Part shown: positions 37,408 to 47,100 of the stretch, in pieces | Numbering within the stretch: position 1 is the first letter of the stretch | How the letters are laid out: every line of letters starts with the position of its first letter | Assembly (NCBI RefSeq): GCF_000143415.4 | Contig: NW_003314269.1 | Span: 1,867,544 to 1,931,543 of the forward strand | Source of the DNA: Selaginella moellendorffii | Taxonomy: Eukaryota > Plantae > Lycopodiophyta | Length of the DNA: 64,000 nt | Direction of reading: 5' to 3' | Notes under the pieces: generated by a model | Databases searched by the model: none | What the model was told of the DNA's origin: nothing | Seen by the model: only the letters and a program-made list of their open reading frames with translations | Position numbers and translations under genes: made by a program

Positions 37408-40400
37408 ATGGTAAGTCTTTTAGGCCAAGTAGAAAATGGCATGAGGCCACATGCCATTCAGTAGCAACATTGGCATGCACCGATTGGGCTCTCGAGTGCA
37501 GTCTGGTTACAGATGGCGTGTAGCCTCACGCCATCTTAGGATGTAGCCTCAAGACATCTGATGCAGTGGTGAATGGCGTGTGGCCTCACGTTATTTCCAG
37601 CTGCTAGCTTTTCATCTGTCAGCTCTAATTGTTGTGCATTTCTGAACAGGCGAGGAATTGCGTTCTTCTTCCAGCCACTGTCAATGTGGATGCAGAGAAG
37701 GGGGAGGAGCTCACCAGTTGGACTTTCGGGATGGAAGGCAAGGATCTGAGGCTGTACAACACAGATGGTGGGAGAAAAGAATGCATGGGGATCCTCATCC
37801 AAGTGACAGACACTCCATGCAGTTCCATGCAAGAATATGGACTGGCACTTGTGGTAGAGACAGCGTCCGCCTTCAAGTTCCACCTTGCACATCCTAGCGG
37901 CTTCCCGGAGGGGGGTAGCGGCTATGAGGAATTCCTAGAGGGAGCTAGGGAGTGGTTGTCCAGGAGGCCCACAATTTCAAAGACGCTGCGGGTCTATGAA
38001 GATCACATGGAATCCACGGACCTCACCTATGGCGATGTTCAAAAACTATATTCCAACATTGAGCCGTTGAGAGTGCCTCTAGTTCGCGAAGCGAAGGGGA
38101 AGGGGGCCGATCTGGAAACTACCCCGAAGCAGAAAAGGGTGGTCAAGCTCAAGCTGACGTCCGACTCTCCTGCTCCAAAAAAGAAGCTACTCGGTGATGC
38201 CATTGCCTCGGGTTCGAACACTACACCCACCAAAAAGAAGAGCTGCAAAGAGCAAAAAGAGCAAGAAGAGGCAGCAAAAATCGTCGCAGATAATAGTACT
38301 TGTTACTATTCCAACAAAGTATATACAATCGACGTGAGCCGTATCGACATCCAAAGCAAATACAACCACAGGCTAGTATCTGATGAGTGGGTGGAGAAAC
38401 TGAAGCAGAAGATGCTGGCAAGTCTAGTAACACCCGACATTGCAGACGTGATCCCCTACTACCGAACAATGAAGGGCGAGACGAGGTTTCCAGACTTGAT
38501 CAATAGGAAGGTGTTGGACGATTAGAACATCTGGTTCTATGCCGTCTCCGGGCAGCATTCTAGCTTGGCGATGCAAGAGATAGTTGTGGATATTATGGTG
38601 GGCGAGGAGGTGAAGAAAGTCTTCAAGACAAGAGTTGTCCGCCTAATAAAAGGCAACTCGCCCCTCCGATCTATCATATACATCTCCCACGCGCAGAATG
38701 TCAAGGAAGAAACGTGGTACAAATCGGGTCTGCATGAGACATTGGCACGAACACGGAAGCTCTGGGTTCAACTGAAGAAGCCACAAAAACCAGGACAAGG
38801 ACGTGCACTAGCAACTAGCGCCTGACAGGTAAGCCTCGTTGCATGTGGCATAGCATGTGGCCTCACGCCATTTCCATTGCAGGAATTCTCGAGTCTTCTC
38901 TCGAAAACACTGGGGGTCAATGACACACTCAGCATCCATAACATTCTACTCGCGACAAAAGTTGTTTTTGACAAATGGGTAGATGTGCTGAGGAGGTACC
39001 ATGACGGGGAGTTGCTAAACTCAATGGGTGTGGAGGACGGCTGGAAGCCCAATGATTTGAAGCTCAACGCCTTGCGTTTCTCGCGGTCTCTAGACAACGA
39101 CGACCTTCTGACAGTGGCTAATGCTCTTCTACGTGGTGAGGTAGTCTTCAACAAGACCAAAATGACTCCCGGCCATATTGTGACATACGAGGACTTGTGC
39201 ACGACTCTGAGAGCTCGTGCGCTATTGAAGGATTGGATCTTCGAGCAAGTGGCCGTGGAGAGGGTGAGCATCGACACCACGCAAGAGATGATGGAAGAGC
39301 TGGAGTTGTCAAATGAAGACATCGACGAGTACGTGAAGGGGGCCCCCAAGTTCATCGATCTGCTGCGGGATGCCACGAAAAGTAAAGCTGAGAAGTTGGA
39401 TCAGTATCCAAATTTCATTAAGAGGGATGTTGACTGCCGGCTTTAGAAACAGCTCGACCCCGCAGCAGAGGCCTATCGAGAACCTTACCGGGTATATGTG
39501 AATTCGGATGAGGATCAAAGGTGGAGGAGCATCGTTTCCCGCGGAGATGAGCAGGTCAAGAACATCTTTTGTGTGATGGACTTCACAAACGAGGAGATCA
39601 CTCATGCAGACGAAGTCAGCTCCATCATTGACTTAATGGTGGGACTTGCGGAGGTGAAATCTTCAGTCCACTATATGATCTACGACTCCGAATCCTATCA
39701 CAAGTTCTGGAAGGCCTTGAACGAGGTGAAGGCTCGGTTGAAAGGCAAGGAGATGCGGGAGATCCATAGGATAATGGCTAAGAAGAAGATACCGACGAAT
39801 GTCCGCATCTTCACACTCGCCCTTGTTATTGGTCCTGCAGTAAAGTGGGACTGGAGTGACTTCCCAGCTTCGTTCGACAAGGCCGATCGAATTGATCTGA
39901 GGGAGGTCAATTTACCCGTGCCTGAGGAACTGAAGACGGCTATGGAGCTTTCGAATCCAGAGAAAGCTCCAGGTGCAACATGGGAAATGCTCAGCTGGGT
40001 CTTCAACGCAATAGCGGGTGGGTCACCTGCTTCCGACTCCAAGGGCAAATGCGTTGTCGAGTACAACTGCGGCGGACTATTCTTTCGAGCCGCACTACTC
40101 AAGGGTGTCCCATGTGTTGCGGTGACAAACTCCATTGAAGAGGTGACTTCAATGGAGCATATAATTACAGTTGCCAAAGAAAAACAGTATCTTCTCTGCG
40201 AACCTAGTGAGTACGCACTTTAAGTTTAAATGTTATCTCACAAGCTCTATATGCAGGAGCGTGGCCACCCCCAGATGCTGAAATGGCGTTAACAGCTACT
40301 GTTGAAGATACCCATGTTGGGCCAAGCTCACAACCTACACAAGGTAAGGTCACGTGAGGCCTCACGCCATTTTGATTATAGATCGTTGTGAATATTCAGA

Positions 40401-42106
40401 CACGAGGACTGAAAAGCACACTGGTGGCGCGTCAAAGAAGGACAAACAGACAAGTAATAGGAAAAAAGGAGGTACAAATTATATTTGCAATGGCGTGTGG
40501 TCTCATGCCATTCCTTGCAGGAGACACTTCTTCAAAGGCAAAACAGGCAAGCACCAGCCAAGCTCAAACTAACAGTGGTCATAAAAAGCGAAAGCACGTT
40601 GGACAGTCGTTGGGATCAGAGGCGTTTGATTCGAAAAGGAAGGGCAACGAAAAGATGATAGGTAATGCCTCGCGGTTATGGCGTGTGTGCTCATGCCATT
40701 CATTGCAGATCAAGGGCTGAGTGAAAGCAGCCAGTCACCACCTCCTGACTCAGATTCCTATGGCGGACTCCCCTTCCCCAATCTCAATGGAGAGGTACAA
40801 TGGATGAGGGATGCTTTTCAAGTCAGGGCCACGTTTTTCTCATCTCGTCGTCTTCGAAGGGTGCAAGAACGTGCAGAAACCATGTTAAGACAGTCGGGTG
40901 AGGATACGGTTCTAGGTCACGCACTAAAACAGGCTATGGATGTCTTGTATTTTGAGATGGAGACTCGGCCAGATGATTTTCCCAAGATGGTCCTGGAAGA
41001 ACAAGCCATCCAGCCTGAGCAGCCTATGGAAGAAATGCAGGAGGGGGATGAGGAGCCAGAGAAAGATAATGAGCAGGAAGAGCAGAAGGATGAAGAGGAG
41101 GACGAAGAAGAGGAGGACGAAGAGGACTTGGATGGTCCTCACAATGGTGATGATCACAATAACGACGACGACGATGATGACGACGATGGCCAGCCTAAGG
41201 TGGCCAAAGAGCAGCGGAGGAAGGTCATACAAGACAAACCATCAGGTAAATAATAGTACATCCATTCCTAACCTTTTACCATTTCTAACATAGTCCATGT
41301 AGGTCGCAGAGCAAATGGTAAGTAGAGATTATTCAGTTGAATTAAGATACAAACTCTAGCCTTTAGTGTCGAGGAAGGATAGTGCCAAGCAAGGGTCGAA
41401 ACGTATGTCCAATCCTTCAGAATCAGCAGTGCGCCCAAGTGATATCGGTCCTAGTTCCTCAATAGCAGTTGATGGTAAATACAGTATAGTCGATTCAATG
41501 TGCTAATGAGTTTGTTTTTAGTATCACGGGAGGATACCATCTCAATCGAAGGGAGATATTTGGACATGCATATGGATCCGCCAGTGGACTCTACTTGCCT
41601 GCAAGAGTCATCAGAGCTGGTGGAGGCTACTATCCATATCAACGCCAAGCAAGCTGACCACGCTCCACTTGATGCTGCCCATACCACTGAGTCAATCTTG
41701 TCCACGTATCCAACTGACGGTGACCAGGTGCCATTGGACCCGCATGAGGCCGCCCCAGCCGCCGAGCCGGTCGTATCCTCATTTCCAACGGACTCAACGT
41801 GTGCCCAATCGTCTGACTACGCGCTGTTGGAACCTCCCTACACCGCCCCTGCTGCCTGTTCGGTCATGTCCACTTTGCCAACGGAGGCACCAGCTGAAAT
41901 GGCGTGTGATCACACGCCATCGGAACCACCCCATGCCACTGTTGAGCCAGTTGTACCAGAGTCTACAGCTGAAATGGCATGTGCCCACACACCATCGGAT
42001 GCGATTGACCCCACATTGCAGAGGAGAGTATTTCCGCCCTTCACGTTTCCTCGACCAAAACCCTCTCAACGACCATCGGGAGCACCATTCGCTAATATTG
42101 TAGATG
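37408..42106 (+). pseudogene. Multi-exon transposon cargo gene: ParB/Srx-like domain, degenerate amino-methyltransferase-like fold and acidic/Pro-rich tail; three in-frame stops
   Basis: ATG at 37408-37410, GT-AG intron 37411-37649, then one long frame broken only by stops at 38523, 38823 and 39444. Further introns at 38829-38882, ~40208-40256, 40344-40381, 40472-40520 and 40662-40708. ParB-like IDVSRIDI...HR...VEKLKQKM...FYAVSGQHSSLAM; MTase-like VVEYNCGG...AALLKGVPCVAV. Confidence 0.7.
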
Positions 42107-42131
42107 GTAAAATTGACTTGTACCATTTTTT

Positions 42132-43016
42132 ATGCTGACGCATTTCATTTCAAAGTCACGGCGAAGGTACTGTATCGTTTTTGATCTGAACGGTGTCCTT
42201 TTCTCCCATGAGCGTGGCTCGTCCTCGAATGTCACTGCACCCTCCAAAGCCTGCGGTCGCAAGTTGGTCAAAAGAGACAGATTCACATTAATCACACGGG
42301 AGAAACTGCGGGATCTAATAATGACCATGCGACACTTAAAACAGAGGGCCAGGTTCAATTTGCAATTGGGAGTTTGGACATCCATGATGCGCCACAATGC
42401 ATTAACGTTGCTACAGATGATGCACGATCAGACGCGAGTAATATTACCATTTGACTTTCTCCTAACACAGGAGGATTGCTTGACTATGGTCCATGTGAGG
42501 GGTAGCAAGCCCATCTTTGTCAAGCCAGAGGCTGTAGTGATGAACCGGACTGTTAGGTCAAGTGAAATCCTCATCATCGATGACTCGCCGATTAAAACTG
42601 CAGCGAACACGCACACATATGCAGTGCACCCCATCTCTTGCAGTATGGAAACTAGGGAGAAGAAACCGTATGTTCTGGGGGACCTTGCAAAATGGCTTGG
42701 AGCGATGGTGATAGAGAACCGGCCAGTCCAGGAGGTGGCTGCAGAAATCAACCAAATGGCAGATGGAACGGTATATCAGAAGCCATTTGATCGAACAGAC
42801 ACCAGTCATCATTTATGGCATGTATATTGTCTAGCCAAGCACTATCCACATCTCCATAATCTGCTCAACCGGATGGGTTCTTCGACCACTGAACATGAGC
42901 GTGGACGTATTAGAGAAGAGATGGCATTACTATTGGGTTTAAATCCTGATAGTGTGGAGAGTGATGAAATTCCAAGATTATTGTATAGGCGTTGGAGGCA
43001 AAAAATAACAGTCTGA
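42132..43016 (+). CDS. HAD-superfamily NIF/FCP1-like phosphatase domain (transposon cargo; possibly the last exon of the upstream gene)
   Basis: Motif I CIVFDLNGVL, motif II LGVWTS, FLLTQEDC, KPIFVKP and motif IV ILIIDDSPIK. Intact 294-aa frame inside the TIRs. Confidence 0.8.
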   Translation: MLTHFISKSRRRYCIVFDLNGVLFSHERGSSSNVTAPSKACGRKLVKRDRFTLITREKLRDLIMTMRHLKQRARFNLQLGVWTSMMRHNALTLLQMMHDQTRVILPFDFLLTQEDCLTMVHVRGSKPIFVKPEAVVMNRTVRSSEILIIDDSPIKTAANTHTYAVHPISCSMETREKKPYVLGDLAKWLGAMVIENRPVQEVAAEINQMADGTVYQKPFDRTDTSHHLWHVYCLAKHYPHLHNLLNRMGSSTTEHERGRIREEMALLLGLNPDSVESDEIPRLLYRRWRQKITV

Positions 43017-44166
43017 GATGGCATGTATTTATTTAAAAATGTCACTTATTATGGCATGGGGTTCCATGCCATTGTATTAATATTAAAAGACAATTCTTTG
43101 AGAGGATTTGCATTATACTAGAAGTGTTACAGCATGTTATTGGAAGTCTACGAAGTTGTTTTATTAATAAGGGGAAAGTAAAGATTGAATGGGGACTTGG
43201 GCTCCACCTAGACTCGGAGCAACTGAGCCAATATTAAAAGGATGGAAAGAAATTGGATGACGATGACAAGGAGAAGAGAGAGGTGAAGCAGTGGCAGGGG
43301 GAGGAGAAGTGATTGAGTAGACATTTCCTTGTTTAAAATAAAATGGCATGTGCCTAAATGCAGTTGAATTTTGTTATATTTATATACTATATAAAGGTTT
43401 GGAAACCTTATTTTACAAGTGGGATAATGACAATTCCCACTTTAACGAAATAGAGCTTATTTATAAAAAGTAGTCCCAGCTACTATTTCAAGAACTTGTG
43501 TCCTCATCTGTATTTGACCTCTTTCCGGTTTCAAATTCATGAGCACTAACCTCAACTATATGAGGATAGTCTTATGATTCCTTTATTGTTTTGGAGTCTT
43601 TATCTTTCCCATAATCCCAATTATAGTTGTTTACCACAACTACATTAGTTAATTTCCTAAGTCAAACACTCATATTGATCACATCATCAACTCTTTGAAG
43701 AAAACTTTATACTATTTCTAAGATCCTAAAGTCGTTCCCTTATTAACCCATTTTCTATCCACCACATTGCCAACAAGTTCACTTATGAACTAAGGTGAAG
43801 AGTTATGCCCTTTCAACATGCTACTCCTTGAGGATATGCCCACTCTTGGGAGCTTCTGATGCCAAGACAAGTGATGATATACTTGACCACCAATAAAAGT
43901 CGGCCTAAGAAATAGTTTCAATACCAAATTGTAAGTGATTAAATTTTCCATTATACTTTAGTCACTTAACCACACATCTGACCACTTGGAAGAGTCTCAC
44001 TCACAACCTCCATAAGTTTTATTTCGGACCTTGGGCTAGCTAATCCTAAGAATGGCATCTCTGCCACTTAACCTTTGCACCTAGTCCAAGTGCTCCATGT
44101 GTCTGATCCTATGACCGACACCCTAAAGTACCACCGATATATCAGCCCATTATGCTAAGGCCATGG

Positions 44167-47100
44167 TGTAAGCCACAAATTTTTCCTTTCCAATTTGTCA
44201 GTTTACCTCGTCTATCCAACTAACATCACCTTGGCCTTAACTAAGTTCCCTTGCCAAAGTTCCCACCTATTGTACTAGCTCCTACTTGGTCCTACTTGGT
44301 TTCAACTACTCATTACACGAGCAACGGAGCATTAGCCATCCATCCACAAATTCCCAATCTCTCCCGATCCCCCTCCCCAGATTAAATTAGACTTAAGGTT
44401 CGGTTACACTCCCCGCATGCACAAGCAGCCAAACACACTAAACCTCCAGGTTCCTAACATCCCTTGGTACAACAAGATTTAATCATATGGGACCCTTTAA
44501 ATCCTAAGCCTTGAGGGCAACTCTTGCTTCAGGACGCTGGGGGGAAACACTGTGGCCTAACGGCCCGATATGGGTACCCCTACTCCTCCACTTCCATCCC
44601 AAAGGGAAGGCCCAAGCCCTTAGGAAGGGCAAGAACTAATGAGTCGCAAGGAGATTAGTTCTTGGACCTCACTATCCCTACTATACTTTTGGAACCCCCT
44701 GCAGCTCTCCCCCCCCGGGAGACACACTTTGGGCTTTCACCCCACGACCTGTATTAGTACTCGGACTCGGTCTCGGACTCGATCTCAGACTTGATCTCAG
44801 ACCTGGCCTTGGACTTAGTCTTGGACTTGATCTTGGGCTTGACCTCGGACTTGATTTCGGACTCGACCTTGGACTTGACCTCAGACTTGGTCTTAGACCT
44901 GATCTCGGATCTTGGATCCTATCTCAAACTCAGTCTCAAACTCGGTCTCCAACTCGGTCTCAGAGTCGGCCTTGAACTTGATCTCGGACTCTATCTCGAA
45001 CTTGGTCTTCGAGTCGGTCTTGGACTCGATCTTAGACTTGGTCTCATCCGATGAACTCTTTATCATTTTGGTCGTGCTTTCGAAAATTCTTTAGCTTACG
45101 ACACCTCAGGGAGTTAAATCCTTACAACTCCACCACCCATAGAAGAAGTTCAATGCCCACATCGAACGTCCCTTTTTCATTCTACAACTTGTTGACCATG
45201 TCTCTGGAGGCATCCCCCCACTTAACAGTGTGCCTAAGTTAGCCTCCCCGGCCAAAAGCCCATGACAACGAAATATAAGTGTCCCTATACCCCTCACCTC
45301 ACCACGCCCTAGTATGGGGTTGGGACTTGAACCTAGCTTTGCTTTACTAGGGGGTTGGGATTCAAACCTAACCTCCATAGAATATGTCTACGGATTCGAC
45401 ATCCCCGCGAGGAGTCATGCGTAGTTCCCTACACTTGGTCAACTTAACTAACCCATGCTAATTAGCTTACCTTCGGTGTGCCTTCAAGTCCCAATATATG
45501 CCATTGCTCAACTTCACAAATTGATACTTTAATTGAACTTTGCATAAGTACATAGAGTTCTGCCTTGTAGAAATTCCTCCACTAGATCTCGTGCATTTGC
45601 TAAGTTCTCCTTCAGTTCCTATGTTGCTTCGAAGTGTGGAAATCCTTTCCACTTCATATGGAACTCCCTCACCTTATATCCTTGTCGCTTACTCTTGCAT
45701 GCATTGAAGATGGCCTCAACTTCGTATTCTTCTTCCCTTTGGATAACCTTAAGTAAAGGTTTTACTTAGTCCTTGCGAAGCGGATCCTCAAAGTACGGCT
45801 TGAGTAAGTTCATATGGAACACTAAGTGCATCTTTCCCATCTCTTGAGGGAGTCAGAGGCGGTAAGCCACTTTACTGATTCGTGCCTCAATCTCGTAAGG
45901 CCCCACGAACCTGTTTCAGGAACTCAAGATCAGTTTATTTCCAGGAATACATGGATTTTTACTTTTAGGTCAACTTCCGGCTAATCCCACTTGGTAGCCT
46001 TAAGTTCTTGGTGTTTAGCCACACCTTTTCCCCAGGTTGGAACTCTACATCCCAACACTTTTGATTCGCGTACTTGGTTTGCCTTTATTGAGCCCGTTCC
46101 AAGGAATCCCTCACTAGATTTCAAATGTTAAGTCCTTCCATCGTGAATGCCTCCACCACAGGTAACTCTCCATGGTACTTGGCCATGCTGAGTTCCACAG
46201 GACTTTCAATAGCTCGCCCATTGATGACTTCCCATAGACTCACTTTGATATTCGAATGTGGTGAGTTGTTATAGCACATTTCCACAAGTCCCAAATGACT
46301 TACCCAATCGGTCTGGTCTCCCGAGATATAGCATTGCAAATAATCCTCCAACTGCCTATTCACCCTTTCTGTTTGTCCATCTATCAAGAAGTGTTATTGC
46401 CATCAAACTTGATTTAATAACCAATACCTGTCTGTGGGTGATAGGCTGTGCTGAATTTTAACTTGGTGTGATACTGTTCTAGGAGAGTTCTCCAGAACCT
46501 ACTGGTAAAGATTTTATCTCAATCTGAGATAATCTCTTCTGGCCTTCCCTACATTCGAACCACTTATTTGAAAAACAACTTCGCCACGCTTTCCGCATCC
46601 ACTTCTATTGTGGTGGGTATGAAATGTGCCATCTTCGAAAATCGGTCCACCACCACGAATATTGCATCAAACCCCTCACTTCGAGGGAGTCCCGTGATGA
46701 AGTCCATTATAAGACATTTCCACAGTTGATCTGGAATTGGAATGCCTTGTAAAAAGCCTCCACTAGCCTTAGTCACGGCTTTGACTTACTGACATATTGG
46801 ACATGTCTTTACATAGTCTTGGACGTCCTTAGCCATGTCTGGCCAGTGATACTTCTTCTTGAGTAAACCCATTGTCTTAGGCACTCCACCATATCTTGCA
46901 AGAGGTCCATCATGACACTCTGCTAAAGCTACCTTCCTAAATTCCACTTTTGGAATATACACCTTCATCTGTTTATAATATATGAGTCCATTGCGTTCTG
47001 CATAATCTGTTTTCTCTTCTGTTGAAAGCTCATCTCTCTGGTGAGCATCTTGCGCCTCTTGATTCTTTAGCAACACTTCTTATACTAAACCATCATGCTC

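Larger units (their letters stand above)
29994..43364. repeat. Dispersed 22-bp palindrome ATGGCRTG-N6-CAYGCCAT, ~25 copies
   Basis: Copies start at 29994, 30310, 30399, 30919, 30999, 31159, 31305, 32647, 32704, 34307, 34377, 34475, 35162, 36019, 37436, 37513, 37573, 38850, 40349, 40490, 40678, 41899, 41974, 43051 and 43343. Confidence 0.9.
29768..43458 (-). mobile_element. 13.7-kb TIR DNA transposon (Sola-like) with cargo genes
   Basis: TIRs ATGCTCTATTTCGTTAAAGTGGGA (29768-29791) and TCCCACTTTAACGAAATAGAGCTT (43435-43458). TSD ATTT at 29764-29767 and 43459-43462. Paralogous empty site AACATTTATAAAAGGTAG at ~24841. Confidence 0.9.

Noticed and set aside
29994-43364. Palindromes as a CRISPR array or as independent MITE insertions
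   Set aside because: Spacing is irregular (57 bp to >1 kb), there are no flanking TSDs, and copies are only 22 bp.
45240-45290. Hammerhead ribozyme (ATGA...CGAAA)
   Set aside because: The CTGANGA core is missing and I could not identify the flanking stems.
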